From assembly GCF_051885895.1 (NCBI RefSeq), contig NZ_JBJEXP010000079.1, positions 58,146-122,145 on the forward strand: DNA of 64,000 bases, read 5' to 3'. This DNA comes from Dialister sp. (lineage in GTDB: Bacteria > Bacillota > Negativicutes > Veillonellales > Dialisteraceae). The position numbers and the translations under genes were made by a program. Each line of letters begins with the position of its first letter. The first letter of the stretch is position 1. Below, piece after piece: positions 46,539 through 56,905 of this stretch. The notes under the pieces were generated by a model. The model made no database searches. It saw only the letters and a list, made by a program, of their open reading frames with translations, and was not told the origin of the DNA.

Positions 46539-47606
46539 ATGATGGGTATGTTTAAGAGAAGTCACAAAGTAGTTTTAGCAGGTTTAGCAGCCCTTGCCAT
46601 TGCGGGCATGATGACTGGCTGCGGTATGTCATCCGGCGGCGATAAAAAGGCAGCCGCTTCCGGCAATGGGCAGAAAGTGGAATTGAAGCTGGCATACCAG
46701 CTTCCGGCGGAACATCATCTGTCCAAGAGCGTTGAAAAATTTGCCAAGGAAGTCAATGAACGGTCCAAAGGCCAGATCGACATCAAGGTGTATCCGGCAG
46801 GTCAGCTCTATAACGACCAGAATATGAACGATGCACTCATGAGCGGCGGCCTGGACATCGGCATGAACTCCACCGCCCGCTGGTCCATGGTGGTGCCGGC
46901 ACTGAAAGTGCTGGATATGCCTTTCGTTCTGACCTCCTACTCTGCTGTAGACAATGCACTGGATGGGGATCTCGGGAAAGCACTGAACCAGGAAATGGAA
47001 AAGAAGGGCGTTCATCCGCTGATCTGGGCAGACTACGGCTACGTACAGTTCTGCAACAATGTCAAGAAAATTGAAAAGCCGGAAGATTTCCAGGGCATGA
47101 AGATCCGCTCCTATTCCGAAACATCGGCAGACATCATCCAGGCACTGGGAGCATCGCCTACGACCATGAGCTCCTCTGAAGTATACATGGCAATCAAGAA
47201 CGGCACCATCGACGGCCAGTCCTCCGGCCAGACCGCAATTCTGTCCCGCAAGATCTACGAAGTGGCCAAGTACCTCACTGTGACAAACAATTCCTACGTC
47301 GAATTCCTGGTATCTATGAATGATAATTCCTGGAAGAAACTGACACCGGAACAGCAGAAGATCATCACTGACACCGCTAAGGAAATCCAGGATGAAATCC
47401 GCAAGGAAACCAAGGCGGAAGATGAACGGTGCCTGAAAGAACTGGCAGATAAAGGCATGGATGTGTATGTGATTCCGAAGGATGAAATCCACCTCTGGCA
47501 GGAAGCTACCGCTCCGGTAGTTGCCAAGTTCGAACAGGAACAGGGCGACTTCGGCAAGAAGCTGGTGGATGACTGCCTCAAAGCCAGCGCAGCATCAAAG
47601 GACTAA
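46539..47606 (+). CDS. dctP: TRAP transporter substrate-binding lipoprotein
   Basis: Lipobox MTGC, VYPAGQL, GMKIR, GTIDGQ. Confidence 0.92.
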   Translation: MMGMFKRSHKVVLAGLAALAIAGMMTGCGMSSGGDKKAAASGNGQKVELKLAYQLPAEHHLSKSVEKFAKEVNERSKGQIDIKVYPAGQLYNDQNMNDALMSGGLDIGMNSTARWSMVVPALKVLDMPFVLTSYSAVDNALDGDLGKALNQEMEKKGVHPLIWADYGYVQFCNNVKKIEKPEDFQGMKIRSYSETSADIIQALGASPTTMSSSEVYMAIKNGTIDGQSSGQTAILSRKIYEVAKYLTVTNNSYVEFLVSMNDNSWKKLTPEQQKIITDTAKEIQDEIRKETKAEDERCLKELADKGMDVYVIPKDEIHLWQEATAPVVAKFEQEQGDFGKKLVDDCLKASAASKD

Positions 47607-47752
47607 GGACCGCAGGGTGACGCCGGCGGCAGGGGAATGATTTCCGGAAACCGGAAATTGATTCACTGATTCACCGGCTCACCGGTCCATTCACTGTTTC
47701 ACCGTTTTCAACACATGTAAGAACAAAGCCAATGACAAAGGAGGGCTGTCCT

Positions 47753-48262
47753 GTGCGTTCCATCTATCATATATATGACCGTATCCTCGGTTATATTACC
47801 AATTTTGCCGCAGCCATTGCAGGGCTTGCCATTTTATTGACAGCCTTCATGATCTGCTATGAAATCATTGCCCGCAGTATTTTCCATCATCCCACCGTAT
47901 GGGTTATGGAAATTTCCACCTATCTCCTGGTGCTGGCCGGTTTCTTCGGCATGTCCTACACCATGAGAAAGAACGGGCATATTACCGTAGATTTCCTCTT
48001 CAGCCGTTTCCCGAGAAACGTGCAGCGGGGACTGGATATTGTGACGTCCATTCTCTCTCTCTTCGTCATGTATGTATGCATGACGGAATCCACCAATTAC
48101 ATGCTCATGAGCCAGGCCATGGGAGTGGTATCTCCTTCCCTGCTCCGGGTGCCCATGTGGATTCCCCAGACCTTCATGGTGATAGGGTTTGTGCTGCTGT
48201 TTCTGGAAATCATCAACCATCTTCTGGGTGATTTCTTCAAAGAAGAAAAGGAGGGGAAATAA
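47753..48262 (+). CDS. dctQ: TRAP small permease
   Basis: 4 TM, WVMEIS, GHITVD; GTG start after AAGGAGG. Confidence 0.88.
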   Translation: MRSIYHIYDRILGYITNFAAAIAGLAILLTAFMICYEIIARSIFHHPTVWVMEISTYLLVLAGFFGMSYTMRKNGHITVDFLFSRFPRNVQRGLDIVTSILSLFVMYVCMTESTNYMLMSQAMGVVSPSLLRVPMWIPQTFMVIGFVLLFLEIINHLLGDFFKEEKEGK

Positions 48263-49540
48263 ATGGTTCTGGCAGGATTCGCACTGTTTATCATCGTCCT
48301 CCTCATCATCGGCATGCCTGTGGCATTTACCCTGTCCCTGGCAGGCATTCTGGGCATTATCCAGTTCGTGGATATGTCCACACTCTCCCAGGTGCCGGTG
48401 ATTGCCTTCAAGACGCTGAACTCCTATGTATTGACTTCTGTACCTCTTTATATCCTCATGAGCCAGATCATGCTGACCGGACGGGTAGGCAGCGGCCTTT
48501 TTGACCTGGGCAGCAAATGGATGGGTCATCTGCCCGGCGGCCTGGGGATTGCCACCATTTTCGCCTGTGCTATTTTTGCCGCAATTTCCGGCTCTTCTGT
48601 AGCAACTGCCGTAACCATCGGCGCCATGGCGATTCCGGAAATGCTGAAGCGTGGCTATGACAGGAAACTGGTGGTCGGCTCGGTTGCTGCCGGCGGTACG
48701 CTGGGTATCCTGATTCCGCCGTCCATTCCCATGATTCTCTACGGCACCATTACCGATGAGTCGGTGGGCAAGCTTTTCATGTCCGGCGTGGTGCCGGGGG
48801 TGCTCCTGACACTGGCCTTTGTGGCTTATATCGTTTTTGCCTCCTGGAATAAACCCAGGGAGGAAAGAGCGTCCCATGAAGCTAAAATGAAAGCGCTTCG
48901 GGAAAATGTGTGGGGTCTGCTCCTCCCGGTGATTATTATCGGCGGTATTTATACCGGCATCTTTACCCCTACCGAAGCTGCTGCCGTAGGTACGGTATAC
49001 GCTCTGATCATTACCTTCTTCGTTTACCACAGCATTACGGTGGAGGATATGCCTGCCATTCTCCGGGCCACCATCAAGACATCCTGCATGATTTTTGCCA
49101 TTATGGTAGGCGCCATGCTTTTCGGCTATATCCTCACCGTGCTCCAGGTGCCTCAGGCACTGATGTCCCTGGTGACGGACGGACACTTCAACCGCTGGAT
49201 CGTCCTCATCGGCATCAACATTGTTCTTCTTATTCTTGGCTGTGTGCTGGAAACGGTATCCATTATCCTCATCACCCTGCCTATGCTCTACCCGGTAATC
49301 AAGGCCCTGGGCTTTGATCCCATCTGGTTCAACGTAGTGCTCCTGATCAACATGGAACTGGCCCTCATCACACCGCCGGTGGGCATGAACCTCTTTGTAA
49401 TCAAAGGCATCAGCGAGGACAGCACCATCCAGGATATTATTTCCGGTGCCGCACCCTTTGCGTTCATTATGATTCTGGAAATCGTACTGCTCTGCTTCTT
49501 CCCGGGCATTGCCACCTGGCTGCCTTCTGTATTGAAATAA
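48263..49540 (+). CDS. dctM: TRAP large permease
   Basis: SGSSVATA, GTLGILIPPS, FTPTEAA, TPPVGMNLF. Confidence 0.95.
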   Translation: MVLAGFALFIIVLLIIGMPVAFTLSLAGILGIIQFVDMSTLSQVPVIAFKTLNSYVLTSVPLYILMSQIMLTGRVGSGLFDLGSKWMGHLPGGLGIATIFACAIFAAISGSSVATAVTIGAMAIPEMLKRGYDRKLVVGSVAAGGTLGILIPPSIPMILYGTITDESVGKLFMSGVVPGVLLTLAFVAYIVFASWNKPREERASHEAKMKALRENVWGLLLPVIIIGGIYTGIFTPTEAAAVGTVYALIITFFVYHSITVEDMPAILRATIKTSCMIFAIMVGAMLFGYILTVLQVPQALMSLVTDGHFNRWIVLIGINIVLLILGCVLETVSIILITLPMLYPVIKALGFDPIWFNVVLLINMELALITPPVGMNLFVIKGISEDSTIQDIISGAAPFAFIMILEIVLLCFFPGIATWLPSVLK

Positions 49541-49544
49541 GTTT

Positions 49545-49576
49545 AAAAACCGGTACGGCACCGTACCGGTTTTTTT
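49545..49576 (+). terminator. Terminator after TRAP operon
   Basis: AAAAACCGGTACGG-CA-CCGTACCGGTTTTT. Confidence 0.85.
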
Positions 49577-49677
49577 GGCAGAAGGGAAGAATTCCGACCT
49601 CAATGCATAGAATTTCCATAGGTGAAAAAGTCCCCTTTTCATGTTTCTTTTTCTATGATACAATTACATTCATCTAC

Positions 49678-49771
49678 GGCGATGGAGTTCGCCGGGCTTC
49701 GGGAAGGCTTTTCCCGCCGAATGCTCTTTGAGATGATGACTCCTGTTCCTTTTGGGAACAGGAGATTTTTT
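49678..49771 (+). ncRNA. Fluoride riboswitch with terminator platform
   Basis: GGCGATGGAGTTCGCC ... AATGCT ... TGATGACTCCT; terminator CTCCTGTTCC/GGAACAGGAG+T run overlaps the aptamer 3' end. Confidence 0.93.
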
Positions 49772-49784
49772 TGTGGAGGGAACA

Positions 49785-50174
49785 ATGAATGGATCTTATG
49801 TATTCCCGGCGCTGGTAGCCCTGGGCGGCGCCCTGGGAGCGGTGTGCCGCTATTTTATGACCATGGTTATGGCAGGCTGGATGGGTACGGCCTTTCCTTT
49901 CGGCACCCTGGCAGTCAACGGGGCCGGTTCGTTTCTGATCGGCATTTTAAGCGTCCTTTTTTCCCGGGTGTATCCTCTGCCGGGAGCGGCGGCTTTCCTG
50001 ATTACCGGATTTCTGGGAGGACTGACCACCTTTTCTTCTTTTATGAATGAGACGCTGCAGTTCTGGGCCGGCGGACGCTGGATGGAAGGACTGGGATATA
50101 TTTTCCTCCAGCTGGCCTGCGGCCTGGTTTTTGTGGGACTGGGGTATTTCCTGGCAGAAAAACTGTTTTTCTAA
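49785..50174 (+). CDS. crcB: Fluoride channel Fluc/CrcB
   Basis: GGALGAVCRY, GTLAVN, GFLGGLTTFSSF. Confidence 0.95.
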   Translation: MNGSYVFPALVALGGALGAVCRYFMTMVMAGWMGTAFPFGTLAVNGAGSFLIGILSVLFSRVYPLPGAAAFLITGFLGGLTTFSSFMNETLQFWAGGRWMEGLGYIFLQLACGLVFVGLGYFLAEKLFF

Positions 50175-50312
50175 GCCAAGACACCCATGCTGCCGGACTG
50201 CCTTTCTCTGCGGAGGCAGCGGTCTCTGCAGAGGACTGCGCTCCTTCCTTTTCTGTAGTATAATAAGGGAAAATTTTCCATAATAATGAGAAATCTATGA
50301 GAAGGAGAACCT

Positions 50313-52025
50313 ATGACATCAGGACAATGGAATCGGCAGACCGTCAGGGCCTTGTGGCAGCTGACAGCCCGGTATTGGAAAAGTGAAGAAAAAAAGAGCG
50401 CCTGGCTTTATCTTTCAGGCATTGTTATTCTTACGATTGCAGCGGTATACATGACCCTCCTTTTGAATGACTGGTTTAATGAGTTTTACAGCGCCCTGCA
50501 GAATTACGACAGCGAAGCGGTGTATCATGGACTCATCCGATTTACGGCCATTGCCTTCGGACATATTGCTTTCTCCGTCTATGCCTACTATCTGCAACAG
50601 ACCCTGGCCCTTCGCTGGCGCCGCTGGATGACGGAAGAGTACCTGTCCCGCTGGACATCCCGCCAGATGTTTTACCGGCTGGAAATGTTTTCTTCCGGCC
50701 GTTCCGATAACCCGGATCAGCGTATTTCCGAGGATATCAACCTCTTTACTTCCCGGACACTGTCCTTTATGTCCGGCCTCCTTCGGGCAGTAACTACTAT
50801 TTTCTGCTTTATCTTTGTGCTCTGGTCTCTGTCGGAGCCTTTGTCCTTTACCCTGGGCGGCGGTACCTTCCATGTATACGGATACCTGGTATGGACAGCT
50901 CTGGCCTATTCCGTCATCGGCACGTGGATTACCCATAAGGTGGGGCATAAGCTGGTGGGACTGAACTTTGTGCAGCAGAAGCTGGAGGCGGATTTCCGCT
51001 ATGCCATGGTGAGGCTTCGGGAAACGTCGGAAAGCGTGGCCTTTTATCACGGCGGAGGAGAGGAGAAGAAAATCCTTTCCGGCCGCTTTCATAAGCTTCT
51101 GGTGAATACGGTATTCATTATCCGCAAACAGAAACAGCTCTCCTGGCTTACCAACTCTTACGCCCAGATAGCCATTATATTTCCCTTCGTGGTGGCGGCA
51201 CCCAGATATCTGTCAAAAAATATTTCCCTGGGCGGACTGATGCAGGTGGCCAACTGCTTCGGCAAGGTGCAGGAGTCCATGTCTTACTTCGTGGATGTAT
51301 ATTCCTCTCTGGCAGAATGGATGTCCTGCGTGGAACGACTGCTTACCTTTGATGAGCATATGGACCATATGCTGGAAGAAACCAGACGCCGGCAGGGCCG
51401 GCTGGAACGAAAGGAAGGGGCCCCCTCCCTTTCCCTTCAGGGAGTCAATGTGGATCTTCCCGACGGAAAACGGCTTCTTTCCTCTTTATCCTGCACGATT
51501 CGGGAGGGGGAAAAGGTTATACTGAAAGGCTCTTCCGGCTCCGGAAAATCGACTCTTCTCCGCGTACTGGCAGGGCTGTGGCCCTACGGGGAAGGGAAAA
51601 TGATCCTTCCTCCGGCAGGGGAAACACTCTTCATTCCCCAGAAACCCTACATGCCTATCGGGACACTGGCGGAAACGGCAATGTATCCCGGAGGCCGCGG
51701 AAATCGGGAAGAACTGGTGAACCTTATGAAAACATGCGGCCTTTCCCACTGGATAGGACAGCTGGATGCAGAAGGGGACTGGAGTCACATCCTGTCTCTG
51801 GGAGAACAGCAGAAGCTGGCATTTGTCCGTATTTTCATGACCCGGCCCCGCTGGGTATTCCTGGATGAAGCCACATCCGCCATGGATGAGGAAACAGAAG
51901 ACCGGCTCTACCGCCTTCTGGTATCACTTCCCGGCATTACCGTCATCAGCGTGGGACACCGATCCACCCTGGACAAGTACCATAACCGCACTCTTCGCAT
52001 AGAAGAAGGCAGGCTGGTGGGATGA
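50313..52025 (+). CDS. ABCD/YddA-like ABC transporter (fused permease-ATPase)
   Basis: DNPDQRISED, EADFRYAMVRLRE (EAA-like), GSSGSGKST, LSLGEQQK, LDEATSA. Confidence 0.9.
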   Translation: MTSGQWNRQTVRALWQLTARYWKSEEKKSAWLYLSGIVILTIAAVYMTLLLNDWFNEFYSALQNYDSEAVYHGLIRFTAIAFGHIAFSVYAYYLQQTLALRWRRWMTEEYLSRWTSRQMFYRLEMFSSGRSDNPDQRISEDINLFTSRTLSFMSGLLRAVTTIFCFIFVLWSLSEPLSFTLGGGTFHVYGYLVWTALAYSVIGTWITHKVGHKLVGLNFVQQKLEADFRYAMVRLRETSESVAFYHGGGEEKKILSGRFHKLLVNTVFIIRKQKQLSWLTNSYAQIAIIFPFVVAAPRYLSKNISLGGLMQVANCFGKVQESMSYFVDVYSSLAEWMSCVERLLTFDEHMDHMLEETRRRQGRLERKEGAPSLSLQGVNVDLPDGKRLLSSLSCTIREGEKVILKGSSGSGKSTLLRVLAGLWPYGEGKMILPPAGETLFIPQKPYMPIGTLAETAMYPGGRGNREELVNLMKTCGLSHWIGQLDAEGDWSHILSLGEQQKLAFVRIFMTRPRWVFLDEATSAMDEETEDRLYRLLVSLPGITVISVGHRSTLDKYHNRTLRIEEGRLVG

Positions 52026-52205
52026 AAAGCGGCAGGATAGAGGGGATTGATTTCTGAAATCCGGTTTTACCAGCATTTGATGCACTGCTGTGTCATGGAA
52101 GTTCTGCTTCTTTCCAGGCGCCCCCTGAAGGGGCGTTTTTTAATGGATAAAATCCCGATGACAGGGAAGAAGCAGGATTTAGAAAAAGAATAGAATTATG
52201 AAATA

Positions 52206-52267
52206 TTAATATTACACAATGTAATATTAAATTATTTATTGCAAAGATTAGCATAAAATGATATACT
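52206..52267 (+). promoter_or_regulatory. Promoter of dpp/nik operon with upstream palindrome
   Basis: TTAATATTACA-CAA-TGTAATATTAA (52206-52230); TTGCAA-N17-TATACT with TG extension. Confidence 0.65.
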
Positions 52268-52500
52268 ATTTTCACAAAAAACTAATAATTGCTGTAAAGT
52301 GAGACGGTCCCGGCAGAGGACTGCCGCTGGCATTATTGGATATTTAAAGAGTTACATGGAAACTGCTCTTTATCTGGTATGAGGGTAAAAAGTCTGCGTT
52401 GATTGTTGTTTGTTCCGACAAGGTCCCTGTTTCCGGCCTTGCTTTTTTCGTGCTTTTTTTCAGGAACACTGGTTTATTAAGAAACGGGAGATGGTTTGTC

Positions 52501-53445
52501 TTGGGGAAAAAACAGCTGGCCGTCCGGCTGGGCGAGATGGTACTTGTCCTGATAGGAATCAGCTTTATTACATTCTGTCTGGTCATGCTGGCGCCGGGAG
52601 ATCCGGTGCGGCAGATGATTGCAGGCAATGAAGACATCGTGGTGAGCCAGGTGGAAATCGATGCGCTCCGTCATGAGCTGGGACTGGATAAGCCCTTTAT
52701 TTTCCAGTATCTGGACTGGCTTTTCCGGGTGCTCCACGGCAACTTCGGCTTTTCCTTCATGATGAAGAAACCGGTTATCGAAGCCATTATGGAAGCACTG
52801 CCGGCTACGGTGGTCCTGGCGCTGGCTTCTACGCTGTTCATGCTGGTCTTTTCCATTCCCTTGGGGATTTATACGGCGGTGAAGCAGAATACCTGGTTTG
52901 ATTACCTTGTCCGCGGATTTTCCTTTTTGGGCGTTTCCGTGCCGAACTTCTGGATGGGCCTTATGCTTCTCTGGATTTTTGCATTGAAACTGGGCGTGCT
53001 TCCCATTGTGGGCGGCAGCATTACCCTGGAAAATCTGATTCTTCCCATGGTCACTCTGGGGATCGTCATGACATCGAAGTATACAAGGCAGGTCCGGGCT
53101 GCGGTATTGGAAGAACTGCATCAGGACTATGTCATGGGAGCCAGGGCCCGCGGTTTTTCCGAGTCCTATATCCTTTGGAAAGAGGTGCTTCCCAATGCCC
53201 TTCTTCCGCTGGTTACCCTTCTTGGCCTTGCCTTCGGATCGCTTCTGGGCGGTGCGGCAGTGGTAGAAATCGTTTTCTCCTGGCCCGGTCTGGGGTACAT
53301 GGTGGTGCAGGCCATTACCTATCGAGATTTCCAGACTGTGCAGGCAGTGGTGCTCTGGGTGGCTTTCATGTACATGGTGATTAATCTGGTGGTGGACCTT
53401 TCCTATCATCATCTGGATCCGCGTCTCAGGAAGGGGGGCCGCTGA
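52501..53445 (+). CDS. Peptide/nickel ABC permease (DppB/NikB-like)
   Basis: LAPGDP, GLDKP, SVPNFW, YVMGARARG; probable TTG start. Confidence 0.9.
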   Translation: MGKKQLAVRLGEMVLVLIGISFITFCLVMLAPGDPVRQMIAGNEDIVVSQVEIDALRHELGLDKPFIFQYLDWLFRVLHGNFGFSFMMKKPVIEAIMEALPATVVLALASTLFMLVFSIPLGIYTAVKQNTWFDYLVRGFSFLGVSVPNFWMGLMLLWIFALKLGVLPIVGGSITLENLILPMVTLGIVMTSKYTRQVRAAVLEELHQDYVMGARARGFSESYILWKEVLPNALLPLVTLLGLAFGSLLGGAAVVEIVFSWPGLGYMVVQAITYRDFQTVQAVVLWVAFMYMVINLVVDLSYHHLDPRLRKGGR

Positions 53446-53446
53446 T

Positions 53447-54277
53447 ATGGAAAACATCATTCGGGGATTTAAGGAAAATAAATCCTTCCGCATATCCACG
53501 CTGCTTGTGGTTCTTCTTCTGGCCGTCACCATTCTGGCACCGGTGATTGCGCCATACAATCCGCTGGAAGCGGTGATGAAGGATGCCAATATGGCACCGT
53601 CAGCAGCCCATCTCTTTGGTACGGATAAGCTGGGGCGGGATGTGCTTTCCCGCATTCTTTACGGCGGAGCCTATTCTCTTTCCAGTGTGCTGGCTCTGGT
53701 AGTCATCATTTTCGCCATCGGTACCACTTTAGGTATCCTGGCCGGCTACTTCGGCGGCATCGTGGACACGGTGATCATGCGTATTGCGGACATGATGATT
53801 TCTTTCCCCGGCGTCATTCTGGCCATTGCCATTGCCGGCATTATGGGCGGCAGCCTGGTAAATGCCATGATTGCGCTGACAGCGGTGACATGGACGAAGT
53901 ATGCAAGACTGTCCCGGTCCATGGTTCTTAAAATTAAAAAACGGGATTTTGTAGATGCGGCCATTGTGAGCGGCGGCACCTCAACCCATATTCTCTGGTA
54001 TCATCTCCTGCCTAATATTGTGCCCCTTCTTCTGATTACGGCAGTGTCCGATATCGGCGCCATGATGATGGAACTGGCAGGCTTGTCCTTCCTGGGCTTC
54101 GGCAGCCAGCCTCCGGCACCGGAATGGGGCCTTATGCTGAATGAAGGACGCCAGCAGCTGCAGACAGCTCCCTGGCTTATGATATTCCCGGGCCTTTCCA
54201 TTTTCATTTCCGTGGTCATTTTCAATCTCTGGGGCGACTCCCTCAGGGACGTGCTGGATCCGAGAAATGAGGAATAA
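53447..54277 (+). CDS. Peptide/nickel ABC permease (DppC/NikC-like)
   Basis: HLFGTDKLGRDVLSR, LSFLGFG...PEWG. Confidence 0.92.
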   Translation: MENIIRGFKENKSFRISTLLVVLLLAVTILAPVIAPYNPLEAVMKDANMAPSAAHLFGTDKLGRDVLSRILYGGAYSLSSVLALVVIIFAIGTTLGILAGYFGGIVDTVIMRIADMMISFPGVILAIAIAGIMGGSLVNAMIALTAVTWTKYARLSRSMVLKIKKRDFVDAAIVSGGTSTHILWYHLLPNIVPLLLITAVSDIGAMMMELAGLSFLGFGSQPPAPEWGLMLNEGRQQLQTAPWLMIFPGLSIFISVVIFNLWGDSLRDVLDPRNEE

Positions 54278-54434
54278 GGCGGCTTCACGATGGTGAATAG
54301 CCCTGGTACCGGCGGAAAGGCGTATCCTTCGGATGTTTGGTGGTTCACTGCTTTTTCCCCGGTGCGGGAAAGGCGGTTTTCTCCTATACTGATTTATTTT
54401 TTATATTTCCAATGAGAAAGGAAGCGTTCAAAAC

Positions 54435-56015
54435 ATGAAATCCATTTACAAAAAAGGTGCCGTTCTGGCAGCAGCAGCTCTGATGGCCTTTGCTTTTGCA
54501 GGGTGCGGCGGAAGCTCCGGCAGTGGCTCCAAGACAGCCAAAGACACCCTGGCGGTAGGCGTTACAAACTTTGCCGACAGCCTGGAACCGACGGACAACT
54601 ACTTTGGCTGGCAGGTCATGCGCTACGGCATCGGCGAATGTCTCGTTCATTTTGATGACAAAATGAATGCAGAACCATGGCTGGCTGAAAGCTGGAAAGT
54701 ATCTGATGACCATATGTCCTGGACCTTCAAGATTAAAGATGTGAAGTTCTCCAACGGCACACCGGTCACCGGCGAAGCAGTCAAGAACTCCATTGAACGA
54801 ACCTTTGCCAAGGCACCCCGTGCCAAGGCCATGTTTGAACTGGACCATATTACCGCTGACGGGCAGAATGTGACCATTTACACAAAGAAGCCGGTGGCTA
54901 CCCTCCCGGGCATGCTGGGCGACCCGCTCTTCATCATTGTGGATACCGCATCTGACGGCAAGGTGGACTTTGCTAAGCAGGGACCGATCTGCACCGGTCC
55001 CTACATGGTGAAATCTTTCTCCAAGGCCAAGACAGAACTGGATGCCAACCCGAATTACTACGACAAGGTTCCCTTTGCCCACGTGGTGGTGAATACCATC
55101 GATGATCCCAACACCCGCGCCATGGCTCTCCAGAAAGGGGAAGTGGATGTGGCAGTTAACATTGCTCCCGGAGACATGCAGCTCTTCCAGGACAAGAATA
55201 AATTTACGGTTTCTACCATTTCCTCCATCCGCGACGTGCTGGCCCGCCTGAATGTATCCAACGGCAGATTCCTGGCTGACAAGAATGTACGAAAAGCGCT
55301 TCTCCAGTCCCTGGACCGGGATACCTACTGCAAGGTTCTCCTGAAGGATACCTTCACGCCCGGCGGCCCGCTGCTCCCGCCGTCTGTGGACTTCGGCTTC
55401 GATGAACTGAATAAGGAATATCCGGACAAGACCAATGTGGAAAATGCAAAGAAGCTGCTGGCAGATGCAGGCTGGAAGGATACCGACGGCGACGGCTATG
55501 TGGATAAGGACGGAAAGAACCTGGAACTGGACTTCATCTATTACAGCGGCCGTGCAGAACTTCCGCTCTTTGCCGAAGCCACCCAGTCTGATGCTAAGAA
55601 AGTGGGCATCAAGATCAACCTGAAGAACGTGGACTACAACGTACTTGACGGCATCGGCACCCGCGGCGAATACGACCTCCTGATTTCCAACATCCTCTCC
55701 GAACAGGCCGGCGATCCGGAAGTCTTCATCAACCAGTACTGGAAGACCAATGTGAACGGCAGCAACCCGCAGAACGGCTCGGGCTACAGCAATCCGGAAT
55801 ACGATGCCCTTTCCGATCAGCTGGCAGGCGAATTTGATCCGGCAAAACGCAGGGAAATCATTATCAAAATGGAAAAAATTGTGCAGGATGATGCAGCTAC
55901 TCTGGTCTTCGGCTACCCGCAGACCAATATGATTTCCAATAAGAAAGTCAAGAATGCGGACATTAAGCCTTGCGACTATTACTGGATTACCAAGGATATT
56001 GTTCCGGCCGAATAA
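54435..56015 (+). CDS. Peptide/nickel ABC substrate-binding lipoprotein (family 5)
   Basis: Lipobox FAGC, LAESW, KFSNG, CTGPY. Confidence 0.92.
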   Translation: MKSIYKKGAVLAAAALMAFAFAGCGGSSGSGSKTAKDTLAVGVTNFADSLEPTDNYFGWQVMRYGIGECLVHFDDKMNAEPWLAESWKVSDDHMSWTFKIKDVKFSNGTPVTGEAVKNSIERTFAKAPRAKAMFELDHITADGQNVTIYTKKPVATLPGMLGDPLFIIVDTASDGKVDFAKQGPICTGPYMVKSFSKAKTELDANPNYYDKVPFAHVVVNTIDDPNTRAMALQKGEVDVAVNIAPGDMQLFQDKNKFTVSTISSIRDVLARLNVSNGRFLADKNVRKALLQSLDRDTYCKVLLKDTFTPGGPLLPPSVDFGFDELNKEYPDKTNVENAKKLLADAGWKDTDGDGYVDKDGKNLELDFIYYSGRAELPLFAEATQSDAKKVGIKINLKNVDYNVLDGIGTRGEYDLLISNILSEQAGDPEVFINQYWKTNVNGSNPQNGSGYSNPEYDALSDQLAGEFDPAKRREIIIKMEKIVQDDAATLVFGYPQTNMISNKKVKNADIKPCDYYWITKDIVPAE

Positions 56016-56104
56016 GGCGGGAACGGCGGAAGGGGACCGGCGGGCCGGATCAGACCGCCTGCCGGGTCCTGCTTCCTTATTTGTGATTTGATAACGGTGA
56101 ATGA

Positions 56105-56905
56105 ATGACAGGAGCCAATATGCTGTTAGAAGTGAAAGACCTGGGCATTGCCTATGGAAAAGCGGAACCGGTGGTACGCCATGTTTCCTTTCAGCTGGAA
56201 CAGGGGGAAATTCTTGCTATCGTAGGAGAATCGGGTTCCGGAAAAACGACGGTTATCCGTGCCATCCAGCATGTGCTGCCCGGCGGCGGACATATTGCAG
56301 AGGGGCAGCTTCTTTTTGAAGGAAAAGACACCCAGAAGGAAAGTGCGGAAATGCACAGAATGCTGGATGGAAAAGAAGTGTCCATGATTTTTCAGGACAG
56401 CGGTGCCATGATGAACCCCATCCGCCCCATTGGACAGCAGTTCCGCGACTATCTTTCCCTACACGGGCTTACCGATGAGAAAGAAGCCCATGAGCGCATG
56501 ATAGACATGCTCCATATGGTGCGCCTTCCGGATCCTGAGCAGATTCTGAAAAGCTACACCTTTGAACTGTCCGGCGGCATGAGACAGAGGGTAGGCATTG
56601 CCATGGCCATGGCTTTCCATCCGAAGCTTCTTCTGGCCGATGAACCGACCAGCGCCCTGGATGTGACCACCCAGGCAGCCATCGTGAAGGAAATGATGGA
56701 AGTGAGAAACCGGATGAATACGTCTATTATCATTGTGACCCACAATATGGGAGTGGCTGCCTACATGGCGGACCGCATCATGGTCATGCGGCAGGGCCGG
56801 ATGGTGGAATACGGAAAAGCGGAAGATGTCATCTACTATCCGAAAGAGGACTATACCCGCATGCTTCTCTCCGCCGTGCCCAGACTGGGAGGTGAGACCG
56901 CATGA
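56105..56905 (+). CDS. Peptide/nickel ABC ATPase (DppD-like)
   Basis: GESGSGKT, LSGGMRQR, ADEPTSALD. Confidence 0.92.
   Translation: MTGANMLLEVKDLGIAYGKAEPVVRHVSFQLEQGEILAIVGESGSGKTTVIRAIQHVLPGGGHIAEGQLLFEGKDTQKESAEMHRMLDGKEVSMIFQDSGAMMNPIRPIGQQFRDYLSLHGLTDEKEAHERMIDMLHMVRLPDPEQILKSYTFELSGGMRQRVGIAMAMAFHPKLLLADEPTSALDVTTQAAIVKEMMEVRNRMNTSIIIVTHNMGVAAYMADRIMVMRQGRMVEYGKAEDVIYYPKEDYTRMLLSAVPRLGGETA

Noticed and set aside
52356-52382. 8-aa mini-ORF METALYLV in the dpp/nik leader
   Set aside because: Weak RBS, no informative codon bias, and such ORFs arise by chance
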